Positions 1 to 11,300 of a stretch of DNA of 64,000 bases are shown in pieces. Within the stretch, counting starts at the first letter, position 1; every line of letters begins with the position of its first letter. Source of the stretch: Eledone cirrhosa (Eukaryota). The notes under the pieces were generated by a model that had not been told where the DNA came from, ran no database searches, and saw only the letters and a list, made by a program, of their open reading frames with translations. Location: assembly GCA_964016885.1 (NCBI GenBank), contig OZ024742.1, positions 167,338,001 to 167,402,000 on the forward strand. Direction: 5' to 3'. A program made the position numbers and the translations under genes.

Positions 1-884
1 TTGTAAAAAAAAATCAGGGGGAGATAATTTCCAGCCGTCCAAGGGGAGATAATTTTCAGCCGTCCAAGGGTAGATAATATCCAGCCGTCCAAGTAGACAT
101 TTTCCAGCCGTCCAAGGAGAGGTAATTTCTAGCCGTCCAAGGGGAGATAAATTCCAGCCTCCAAGGGGAGATAATTTCCAGCCAGCCAAGGGGAGATAAT
201 TTGTAAAAAAATCAGGGGGAGATAATTTGTAAAAAAAATCAGGGGGAGATAATTTGTAAAAAAAAATCAGGGGGAGATAATTTGTAAAAAAAAAATCAGG
301 GGGAGATAATTTGTAAAAAAAAATCAGGGGGAGATAATTTGTAAAAAAAATCAAGGGGAGATAATTTCCAGCCGTCCAAGGGGAGATAATTTTCAGCCTT
401 CCAAGGGGAGATAATTTCCAGCCGTCCAAGGGGAGATAATTTCCATCCTTCCAAGGGGAGATAATTTTCAGCCGTCCAAGGGGAGATAATTTCCCGCCAG
501 CCAAGGGAAGATAATATTTTAAAAAATCAGGCGGAGATAATTTGTAAAAAAAATCAGGGGGAGATAATTTGTAAAAAAATCAGGGGGAGATAATTTGTAA
601 AAAAAAAATCAGGGGGAGATAATTTGTAAAAAAAATCAGGGGGAGATAATTTGTAAAAAAAAATCAGGGGTAGATAATTTGTAAAAAAAAATCAGGGGGA
701 GATAATTTGTAAAAAAAAAATCAGGGGGAGATAATTTGTAAAAAAAATCAAGGGGAGATAATTTCCAGCCGTCCAAGGAGAGATAATTTTTAAAAAAAAT
801 CAGGCGGAGATAATTTGTAAAAAAAAATCAAGGGGAGATAATTTGTAAAAAAAAATCAGGGGGAGATAATTTGTAAAAAAAATC

Positions 885-1011
885 AAGGGGAGATAATTTC
901 CAGCCGTCCAAGGGAAGATAATTTCAAGCACTCCAAGGGGCTATAATTTCCAGTGTCCAAGGGGAGATAATTTCCAGCCAGCGAAGGGGAGATAATTTTT
1001 TAAAAAAAATC
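885..1011 (+). repeat. Cassette gamma: A, GGGAAGATAAT...(C)CTCC, 24-bp GGGGCTATAATTTCCAG(T/C)GTCC, CCAGCCAGCGAA, TnAn hinge
   Basis: The same ordered variant set recurs near 3100, 4460, 5850, 7850, 9890, 13040, 14080, 15310 and onward to 63120. Confidence 0.9.
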
Positions 1012-1062
1012 AGGGGGAGATATGTAAAAAAAATCAGAGGGAGATAATTTCTAAAAAAAATC

Positions 1063-1190
1063 AAAGGGAGATAATTTCCAGCTGTCCAAAGAGAGATAAT
1101 TTCTAGCCGTCCAAGGGGAGATAATTTCCAGCCAAGGGGAGATAATTTCCAGCCGTCCAAGGGGAGATAATTATTTAAAAAATCAGGTGG
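1063..1190 (+). repeat. Cassette delta: AAAGGGAG, AAAGAGAGATAATTTCTAG, 21-bp short unit (CCAGCCAA/CGAGCCAA), A, hinge ending CAGGTGG
   Basis: Recurs near 4630, 6020, 6820, 13210, 14260, 17020, 18060, 26840, 28230, 35440, 40085 and later, usually two B units after gamma. Confidence 0.9.
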
Positions 1191-1240
1191 AGATAATTTG
1201 TAAAAAAAATCAGGGGGAGATAATTTGTAAAAACAAAATC

Positions 1241-1428
1241 AAGGGCAGATAATTTCCAGCTGTCCAAGGGGAGATAATTTCCAGCCGTGCAAGGGGAGAT
1301 AATTTCCAGCCGTCCAAGGGGAGATAATTTCCATCCTTCCAAGGGGAGATAATCTCCAGCCGTCCAAGGGGAGATAATTTCCCGCCAGCCAAGGGAAGAT
1401 AATTTTAAAAAAAATCAGGCGGAGATTG
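1241..1428 (+). repeat. Cassette beta: (AAAACAAAA)-GGGCAG..CAGCTGTCC, CCGTGC, A, CCATCCTTCC, A, CCCGCCAGCC, hinge ending CAGGCGGAGATTGT
   Basis: Marked by the recurrent 60-aa pseudo-ORF MAGGKLSPLGRLEIISPWKDG at 1210, 4777, 6170, 6970, 13362, 14403, 17165, 18203, 20933, 26990, 28375, 35591, 41613, 42998, 46729, 52751, 54505, 60562 and 61947. Confidence 0.9.
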
Positions 1429-1632
1429 TAAAAAAAATCAGGGGGAGATAATTTGTAAAAAAATCAGGGGGAGATAATTTGTAAAAAAAAAATCAGGGGG
1501 AGATAATTTGTAAAAAAAAAATCAGGGGGAGATAATTTGTAAAAAAAATCAGGGGTAGATAATTTGTAAAAAAAAATCAGGGGGAGATAATTTGTAAAAA
1601 AAAATCAGGGGGAGATAATTTGTAAAAAAATC

Positions 1633-1790
1633 AAGGGGAGATAATATGCAGCCGTCCAAGGGGAGATAATTTTCGGCCGTCCAAGGAGAGGTAATTTCTA
1701 GCCGTCCAAGGGGAGATAATTTCCAGCCGTCCAAGGGGAGATAATTTCCAGCCGTCCAAGGGGAGATAGTTTTTTTAAAAAAATCAGGCG
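1633..1790 (+). repeat. Cassette epsilon: GCAGCCGTCC, TTTTCAGCC, GGAGAGGTAATTTCTAG, A, A, hinge ending CAGGCGG
   Basis: Recurs near 4220, 6620, 7610, 8640, 9625, 13815, 15045, 16095, 21385, 23300, 29280 and later. Confidence 0.85.
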
Positions 1791-1923
1791 GAGATAATTT
1801 GTAAAAAAAAATCAGGGGGAGATAATTTGTAAAAAAAAATCAGGGGGAGATAATTTGTAAAAAAAAATCAGGGGGAGATAATTTGTAAAAAAAATCAGGG
1901 GGAGATAATTAGTAAAAAAAATC

Positions 1924-2148
1924 AAGGGGAGATAATTTCCAGCCGTCCAAGGGGAGGTAATATCTAGCCGTCCAAGGGGAGATAATTTCCAGCCGTCCAA
2001 GGGGAGATAATTTCCAGCCGTCCAAGGGTAGATAATATCCAGCCGTCCAAGTAGACATATTTTCCAGCCGTCCAAGGAGAGGTAATTTCTAGCCGTCCAA
2101 GGGGAGATAAATTCCAGCCTCCAAGGGGAGATAATTTCCAGCCAGCCA
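1924..2148 (+). repeat. Cassette alpha (9 A-type units): A, GGTAATATCTAG, A, A, GGGTAGATAATATCC, (G/T)AGACAT(AT)TTTCC, GGAGAGGTAATTTCTAG, GATAAATTCCAGCCTCC, CCAGCCAGCC
   Basis: Recurs in fixed unit order near 2420, 3280, 5060, 7250, 8870, 10065, 12040, 14685, 18485, 22550, 24390 and onward to 63295. It exits directly into a B-run without a TnAn hinge. Confidence 0.9.
1974..2023 (+). repeat. Example of consensus type A monomers, 25 bp: AAGGGGAGATAATTTCCAGCCGTCC (2 copies)
   Basis: Read directly as two consecutive 25-bp units. The same unit occurs throughout the window in runs of 1 to about 9. Confidence 0.97.
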
Positions 2149-2394
2149 AGGGGAGATAATTTGTAAAAAAATCAGGGGGAGATAATTTGTAAAAAAAATC
2201 AGGGGGAGATAATTTGTAAAAAAAAATCAGGGGGAGATAATTTGTAAAAAAAAATCAGGGGGAGATAATTTGTAAAAAAAATCAGGGGGAGATAATTTGT
2301 AAAAAAAAATCAGGGGGAGATAATTTGTAAAAAAAAATCAGGGGGAGATAATTTGTAAAAAAAAATCAGGGGGAGATAATTTGTAAAAAAAATC
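2149..2394 (+). repeat. Example run of type B monomers, AGGGGGAGATAATTTGT(A)7-9TC
   Basis: Nine consecutive units that differ essentially only in A-tract length. Elsewhere the tract reaches A10. Confidence 0.97.
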
Positions 2395-5300
2395 AAGGGG
2401 AGATAATTTCCAGCCGTCCAAGGGGAGATAATTTCCAGCCGTCCAAGGGGAGGTAATATCTAGCCGTCCAAGGGGAGATAATTTCCAGCCGTCCAAGAGG
2501 AGATAATTTCCAGCCGTCCAAGGGTAGATAATATCCAGCCGTCCAAGGAGACATATTTTCCAGCCGTCCAAGGAGAGGTAATTTCTAGCCGTCCAAGGGG
2601 AGATAAATTCCAGCCTCCAAGGGGAGATAATTTCCAGCCAGCCAAGGGGAGATAATTTGTAAAAAAAATCAGGGGGAGATAATTTGTAAAAAAAATCAGG
2701 GGGAGATAATTTGTAAAAAAAAATCAGGGGGAGATAATTTGTAAAAAAAATCAGGGGGAGATAATTTGTAAAAAAAAATCAAGGGGAGATAATTTCCAGC
2801 CGTCCAAGGGGAGATAATTTTCAGCCGCCCAAGGGGAGATAATTTCCCGCCAGCCAAGGGAAGATAATATTTAAAAAATCAGGCGGAGATAATTTGTAAA
2901 AAAAATCAGGGGGAGATAATTTGTAAAAAAAATCAGGGGGAGATAATTTGTAAAAAAAAAATCAGGGGGAGATAATTTGTAAAAAAAATCAGGGGGAGAT
3001 GATTTGTAAAAAAAATCAGGGGTAGATAATTTGTAAAAAAAAATCAGGGGGAGATAATTTGTAAAAAAAAATCAGGGGGAGATAATTTGTAAAAAAAATC
3101 AAGAGGAGATAATTTCCAGCCGTCGAAGGGAAGATAATTTCCAGCCCTCCAAGGGGCTATAATTTCCAGCGTCCAAGGGGAGATAATTTCCAGCCAGCGA
3201 AGGGGAGATAATTTTTTTTTTAAAATCATTGGGAGATTTGTAAAAAAAATCAGGGGGAGATAATTTGTAAAAAAAATCAAGGGGAGATAATTTCCAGCCG
3301 TCCAAGAGGAGGTAATATCTAGCCATCGAAGGGGAGATAATTTCCAGCCGTCCAAGGGGAGATAATTTCCAGCCGTCCAAGGGTAGATAATATCCAGCCG
3401 TCCAAGTAGACATTTTCCAGCCGTCCAAGGAGAGGTAATTTCTAGCCGTCCAAGGGGAGATAAATTCCAGCCTCCAAGGGGAGATAATTTCCAGCCAGCC
3501 AAGGGGAGATAATTTGTAAAAAAATCAGGGGGAGATAATTTGTAAAAAAAATCAGGGGGAGATAATTTGTAAAAAAAAATCAGGGGGAGATAATTTGTAA
3601 AAAAAAATCAGGGGGAGATAATTTGTAAAAAAAAATCAGGGGGAGATAATTTGTAAAAAAAATCAAGGGGAGATAATTTCCAGCCGTCCAAGGGGAGATA
3701 ATTTTCAGCCGTCCAAGGGGAGATAATTTCCAGCCGTCCAAGGGGAGATAATTTCCATCCTTCCAAGGGGAGATAATTTGTAAAAAAAAATCAGGGGGAG
3801 ATAATTTGTAAAAAAAATCAAGGGGAGATAATTTCCAGCCGTCCAAGGGGAGATAATTTTCAGCCGTCCAAGGGGAGATAATTTCCCGCCAGCCAAGGGA
3901 AGATAATATTTAAAAAAATCAGGCGGAGATAATTTGTAAAAAAAATCAGGGGGAGATAATTTGTAAAAAAATCAGGGGGAGATAATTTGTAAAAAAAAAA
4001 TCAGGGGGAGATAATTTGTAAAAAAAATCAGGGCTAGATAATTTGTAAAAAAAAATCAGGGGTAGATAATTTGTAAAAGAAAATCAGGGGGAGATAATTT
4101 GTAAAAAAAAATCAGGGGGAGATAATTTGTAAAAAAAATCAAGGGGAGATAATTTCCAGCCGTCCAAGGAGAGATAATTTAAAAAAAAAATCAGGCGGAT
4201 ATAATTTGTAAAAAAAATCAAGGGGAGATAATTTGCAGCCGTCCAAGGGGAGATAATTTTCAATCGTCCAAGGAGAGGTAATTTTTAGCCGTCCAAGGGG
4301 AGATAATTTCCAGCCGTCCAAGGGGAGATAATTTCCAGCCGTCCAAGGGGAGATAATTTTTTTAAAAAATCAGGCGGAGATAATTTGTAAAAAAAATCAG
4401 GGGGAGATAATTTGTAAAAAAAAATCAGGGGGAGATAATTTGTAAAAAAAAATCAGGGGGAGATAATTTCCAGCCGTCCAAGGGAAGATAATTTCAAGCC
4501 CTCCAAGGGGCTATAATTTCCAGTGTCCAAGGGGAGATAATTTCCAGCCAGCGAAGGGGAGATAATTTTTTTTTAAAAATCAGGGAGATTTGTAAAAAAA
4601 ATCAGGGGGAGATAATTTGTAAAAAAAATCAAAGGGAGATAATTTCCAGCCGTCCAAAGAGAGATAATTTCTAGCCGTCCAAGGCGAGATAATTTCGAGC
4701 AAGGGGAGATAATTTCCAGCCGTCCAAGGGGAGATATTTTTTTAAAAAATCAGGTGGAGATAATTTGTAAAAAAAATCAGGTGGAGATAATTTGTAAAAA
4801 CAAAATCAAGGGCAGATAATTTCCAGCTGTCCAAGGGGAGATAATTTCCAGCCGTGCAAGGGGAGATAATTTCCAGCCGTCCAAGGGGAGATAATTTCCA
4901 TCCTTCCAGGGGGAGATAATTTCCAGCCGTCCAAGGGGAGATAATTTCCCGCCAGCCAAGGGAAGATAATTTTTTAAAAAATCAGGCGGAGATTGTAAAA
5001 AAAATCAGGGGGAGATAATTTGTAAAAAAATCAGGGGGAGATAATTTGTTAAAAAAATCAAGGGGAGATTATTTCCAGCCGTCTAAGGGGAGGTAATATC
5101 TAGCCGTCCAAGGGGAGATAATTTCCAGCCGTCCAAGGGGAGATAATTTCCAGCCGTCCAAGGGTAGATAATATCCAGCCGTCCAAGGAGACATATTTTC
5201 CAGCCGTCCAAGGAGAGATAATTTCTAGCCGTCCAAGGGGAGATAAATTCCAGCCTCCAAGGGGAGATAATTTCCAGCCAGCCAAGGGGAGATAATTTGT

Positions 5301-8300
5301 AAAAAAATCAGGGGGAGATAATTTGTAAAAAAAATCAGGGGGAGATAATTTGTAAAAAAAAATCAGGGGGAGATAATTTGTAAAAAAAATCAGGGGGAGA
5401 TAATTTGTAAAAAAAATCAAGGGGAGATAATTTCCAGCCGTCCAAGGGGAGATAATTTTCAGCCGTCCAAGGGGAGATAATTTCCCGCCAGCCAAGGGAA
5501 GATAATATTTAAAAAATCAGGCGGAGATAATTTGTAAAAAAAATCAGGGGGAGATAATTTGTAAAAAAATCACGGGGAGATAATTTGTAAAAAAAAATCA
5601 GGGGGAGATAATTTGTAAAAAAAATCAGGGGTAGATAATTTGTAAAAAAAAATCAGGGGAAGATAATTTGTAAAAAAAATCAGGGGGAGATAATTTGTAA
5701 AAAAAATCAAGGGGAGATAATTTCCAGCCGTCCAAGGAGAGATAATTTTAAAAAAAAATCAGGGGGAGATAATTTGTAAAAAAAAATCAAGGGGAGATAA
5801 TTTGTAAAAAAAAATCAGGGGGAGATAATTTGTAAAAAAAATCAAGGGGAGATAATTTCCAGCCGTCCAAGGGAAGATAATTTCCAGCACTCCAAGGGGC
5901 TATAATTTCCAGTGTCCAAGGGGAGATAATTTCCAGCCAGCGAAGGGGAGATAATTTTTTAAAAAAAATCAGGGGGAGATATGTAAAAAAAAATCAGAGG
6001 GAGATAATTTGTAAAAAAAATCAAAGGGAGATAATTTCCAGCCGTCCAAAGAGAGATAATTTCTAGTCGTCCAAGGGGAGATAATTTCCAGCCAAGGGGA
6101 GATAATTTCCAGCCGTCCAAGGGGAGATAATTTTTTAAAAAATCAGGTGGAGATAATTTGTAAAAAAAATCAGGGGGAGATAATTTGTAAAAACAAAATC
6201 AAGGGCAGATAATTTCCAGCTGTCCAAGGGGAAATAATTTCCAGCCGTGCAAGGGGAGATAATTTCTTGCCGTCCAAGGGGAGATAATTTCCATCCTTCC
6301 AAGGGGAGATAATTTCCAGCCGTCCAAGGGGAGATAATTTCCCGCCAGCCAAGGGAAGATAATTTTTTAAAAAACCAGGCGGAGATTGTAAAAAAAATCA
6401 GGGGGAGATAATTTGTAAAAAAATCAGGGGGAGATAATTTGTAAAAAAAAAATCAGGGGAGATAATTTGTAAAAAAAAATCAGGGGGAGATAATTTGTAA
6501 AAAAAAAATCAGGGGGAGATAATTTGTAAAAAAAAATCAGGGGTAGATAATTTGTAAAAAAAAATCAGGGGGAGATAATTTGTAAAGAAAAATCAGGGGG
6601 AGATAATTTGTAAAAAAATGAAGGGGAGATAATATGCAGCCGTCCAAGGGGAGATAATTTTCAGCCGTCCAAGGAGAGGTAATTTCTAGCCGTCCAAGGG
6701 GAGATAATTTCCAGCCGTCCAAGGGGAGATAATTTCAAGCCGTCCAAGGGGAGATAGTTTTTTTAAAAATCAGGGGGAGATTTGTAAAAAAAATCAGGGG
6801 GAGATAATTTGCAAAAAAAATCAAAGGGAGATAATTTCCAGCCGTCCAAAGAGAGATAATTTCTAGCCGTCCAAGGGGAGATAATTTCGAGCCAAGGGGA
6901 GATAATTTCCAGCCGTCCAAGGGGAGATAATTTTTTAAAAAATCAGGTGGAGATAATTTGTAAAAAAAATCAGGGGGAGATAATTTGTAAAAACAAAATC
7001 AAGGGCAGATAATTTCCAGCTGTCCAAGGGGAGATAATTTCCAGCCGTGCAAGGGGAGATAATTTCCAGCCGTCCAAGGGGAGATAATTTCCATCCTTCC
7101 AAGGGGAGATAATTTCCAGCCGTCCAAGGGGAGATAATTTCCCGCCAGCCAAGAGAAGATAATTTATTAAAAAATCAGGCGGAGATTGTAAAAAAAATCA
7201 GGGGGAGATAATTTGTAAAAAAATCAGGGGGAGATAATTTGTAAAAAAATCAAGGGGAGATAATTTCCAGCTGTCCAAGGGGAGGTAATATCTAGCCGTC
7301 CAAGGGGAGATAATTTCCAGCCGTCCAAGGGGAGATAATTTCCAGCCGTCCAAGGGTAGATAATATCCAGCCGTCCAAGGAGACATATTTTCCAGCCGTC
7401 CAAGGAGAGGTAATTTCTAGCCGTCCAAGTGGAGATAAATTCCAGCCTCCAAGGGGAGATAATTTCCAGCCAGCCAAGGGGAGATAATTTGTAAAAAAAT
7501 CAGGGGGAGATAATTTGTAAAAAAAATCAGGGGGAGATAATTTGTACAAAAAATCAGGGGTAGATAATTTGTAAAAAAAAATCAGGGGGAGATAATTTGT
7601 AAAAAAAATCAAGGGGAGATAATTTGCAGCCGTCCAAGGGGAGATAATTTTCAGCCGTCCAAGGAGAGGTAATTTCTAGCCGTCCAAGGTGAGATAATAT
7701 CCAGCCGTCCAAGGGGAGATAATTTCCAGCCGTCCAAGGGGAGATAATTTTTAAAAAAAAAATCAGGGTGAGATAATTTGTAAAAAAAAATCAGGGGGAG
7801 ATAATTTGTAAAAAAAAATCAGGGGGAGGTAATTTATAAAAAAAATCAAGGGGAGATAATTTCCAGCCGTCCAAGGGAAGATAATTTCCAGCCCTCCAAG
7901 GGGCTATAATTTCCAGCGTCCAAGGGGAGATAATTTCCAGCCAGCGAAGGGGAGATAATTTTTTTTTTTTTAAATCAGGGGGACATAATTTGTAAAAAAA
8001 ATAAGGGGGAGATAATTTGTAAAAAAAATCAAGGGGAGATAATTTGTAAAAAAAATCAGGGGGAGATAATTTGTAAAAAAAAATCAGGGGGAGATAATTT
8101 GTAAAAAAAAATCAAGGGGAGATAATTTGTAAAAAAAATCAAGGGGAGATAATTTCCAGCCGTCCAAGGGGAGATAATTTTCAGCCGTCCAAGGGGAGAT
8201 AATTTCCCGCCAGCCAAGGAAAGATAATATTTAAAAAAATCAGGCGGAGATAATTTGTAAAAAAAATCAGGGGGAGATAATTTGTAAAAAAATCAGGGGG

Positions 8301-11300
8301 AGATAATTTGTAAAAAAAAATCAGGGGGAGATTTGTAAAAAAAATCAGGGGGAGATAATTTGTAAAAAAAAATCAGGGGTAGATAATTTGTAAAAAAAAA
8401 TCAGGGGGAGATAATTTGTAAAAAAAAATCAGGGGGAGATAATTTGTAAAAAAAATCAATTGGAGATAATTTCCAGCCGTCCAAGGGGAGATAATTTTCA
8501 GCCGTCCAAGGAGAGGTAATTTCTAGACGTCCAAGGGGAGATAATTTCCAGCCGTCCAAGGGGAGATAATTTCCAGCCGTCCAAGGGGAGATAATTTAAA
8601 AAAAAAAATCAGGCGGAGATAATTTGTAAAAAAAATCAAGGGGAGATAATTTGCAACCGTCCAAGGGGACATAATTTTCAGTCGTCCAAGGAGAGGTAAT
8701 TTCTAGCCGTCCAAGGGGAGATAATTTCCAGCCGTCCAAGGGGAGATAATTTCCAGCCGTCCAAGGGGAGATAATTTTTTTTTAAAAATCAGGCGGAGAT
8801 AATTTGTAAAAAAAAAATCATTGGGAGATTTGTAAAAAAAATCAGGGAGAGATAATTTGTAAAAAAAATCAAGGGGAGATAATTTCCAGCCGTCCAAGGG
8901 GAGGTAATATCTAGCCGTCCAAGGGGAGATAATTTCCAGCCGTCCAAGGGGAGATAATTTCCAGCCGTCCAAGGGTAGATAATATCCAGCCGTCCAAGTA
9001 GACATTTTCCAGCCGTCCAAGGAGAGGTAATTTCTAGCCGTCCAAGGGGAGATAAATTCCAGCCTCCAAGGGGAGATAATTTCCAGCCAGCCAAGGGGAG
9101 ATAATTTGTAAAAAAATCAGGGGGAGATAATTTGTAAAAAAATCAGGGGGAGATAATTTGTAAAAAAAAATCAGGGGGAGATAATTTGTAAAAAAAAATC
9201 AGGGGGAGATAATTTGTAAAAAAAAATCAGGGGGAGATAATTTGTAAAAAAAATCAAGGGGAGATAATTTCCAGCCGTCCAAGGGGAGATAATTTCCATC
9301 CTTCCAAGGGGAGATAATTTCCAGCCGTCCAAGGGGAGATAATTTCCCGCCAGCCAAGGGAAGATAATTTTTAAAAAAATCAGGCGGAGATTGTAAAAAA
9401 AATCAGGGGGAGATAATTTGTAAAAAAATCAGGGGGAGATAATTTGTAAAAAAAAAATCAGGGGGAGACAATTTGTAAAAAAAATCAGGGGGAAATAATT
9501 TGTAAAAAAAAATCAAGGGGAGATAATTTGTACAAAAAATCAGGGGTATATAATTTGTAAAAAAAATCAGGGGGAGATAATTTGTAAAAAAAAATCAGGG
9601 GGAGATAATTTGTAAAAAAAATCAAGGGGAGATAATTTGCAGCCGTCCAAGGGGAGATAATTTTCAGTCGTCCAAGGAGAGGTAATTTCTAGCCGTCCAA
9701 GGTGAGATAATATCCAGCCGTCCAAGGGGAGATAATTTCCAGCCGTCCAAGGGGAGATAATTTTTAAAAAAAAACAGGCGAAGATAATTTGTAAAAAAAA
9801 AATCAGGGGGAGATAATTTGTAAAAAAAAATCAGGGGGAGATAATTTGTAAAAAAAAATCAGGGGGAGGTAATTTGTAAAAAAAATCAAGGGGAGATAAT
9901 TTCCAGCCGTCCAAGGGAAGATAATTTCCAGCCCTCCAAGGGGCTATAATTTCCAGCGTCCAAGGGGAGATAATTTCCAGCCAGCGAAGGGGAGATAATT
10001 GTTTTAAAAAAATCATTGGGAGATTTGTAAAAAAAATCAGTGGGAGATAATTAATAAAAAAAATCAAGGGGAGATAATTCCAGCCGTCCAAGGGGAGGTA
10101 ATATCTAGCCGTCCAAGGGGAGATAATTTCCAGCCGTCCAAGGGGAGATAATTTCCAGCCGTTCAAGGGTAGATAATATCCAGCCGTCCAAGGAGACATA
10201 TTTTCCAGCCGTGCAAGGAGAGGTAATTTCTAGCCGTCCAAGGGGAGATAAATTCCAGCCTCCAAGGGGAGATAATTTCCAGCCAGCCAAGGGGAGATAA
10301 TTTGTAAAAAAATCAGGGGGAGATAATTTGTAAAAAAAGTCAGGGGTAGATAATTTGTAAAAAAAAATCAGGGGGAGATAATTTGTAAAAAAAAATCAGG
10401 GGGAGATAATTTGTAAAAAAAATCAAGGGGAGATAATTTCCAGCCATCCAAGGAGAGATAATTTTAAAAAAAAATCAGGCGGAGATAATTTGTAAAAAAA
10501 AATCAGGGGGAGATAATTTGTAAAAAAAATCAGGGGGTGATAATTTGTAAAAAAAATCAAGGGGAGATAATTTCCAGCCGTCCAAGGGGAGATAATTTCC
10601 AGCCGTCCAAGGGGACATAAATTTTTTAAAAAAATCAGGCGGAGATAATTTGTAAAAAAAATCAGGGGGAGATAAATTGTAAAAAAAAATCAGGGGGAGA
10701 TAATTTGTAAAAAAAATCAGGGGGAGATAATTTCCAGCCGTCCAAGGTAAGATAATTTCCAGCCCTCCAAGGGGCTATAATTTCCAGCTTCCAAGGGGAG
10801 ATAATTTCCAGCCGTCCAAGGGTAGATAATATCCAGCCGTCCAAGTAGACATATTTTCCAGCCGTCCAAGGAGAGGTAATTTCTAGCCGTCCAAGGGGAG
10901 ATAAATTCCAGCCTCCAAGGGGAGATAATTTCCAGCCAGCCAAGGGGAGATAATTTGTAAAAAAATCAGGGGGAGATAATTTGTAAAAAAAATCAGGGGG
11001 AGATAATTTGTAAAAAAAAATCAGGGGGAGATAATTTGTAAAAAAAAATCAGGGGGAGATAATTTCCAGCCGTCCAAGGGGAGATAATTTTCAGCCGTCC
11101 AAGGGTAGATAATATCCAGCCGTCCAAGTAGACATTTTCCAGCCGTCCAAGGAGAGGTAATTTCTAGCCGTCCAAGGGGAGATAAATTCCAGCCTCCAAG
11201 GGGAGATAATTTCCAGCCAGCCAAGGGGAGATAATTTGTAAAAAAATCAGGGGGAGATAATTTGTAAAAAAAATCAGGGGGAGATAATTTGTAAAAAAAA

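Noticed and set aside
1976-1990. NF-kB/Rel-like site GGGGAGATAATTTCC
   Set aside because: The spacing from GGG to TTCC is too long for the 10-11-bp kB consensus GGGRNWYYCC.
2149-2394. Kinetoplast-type macroscopically bent DNA from phased A-tracts
   Set aside because: Tract spacing of 26-29 bp is about 2.5-2.75 helical turns, not an integer multiple of 10.5 bp.
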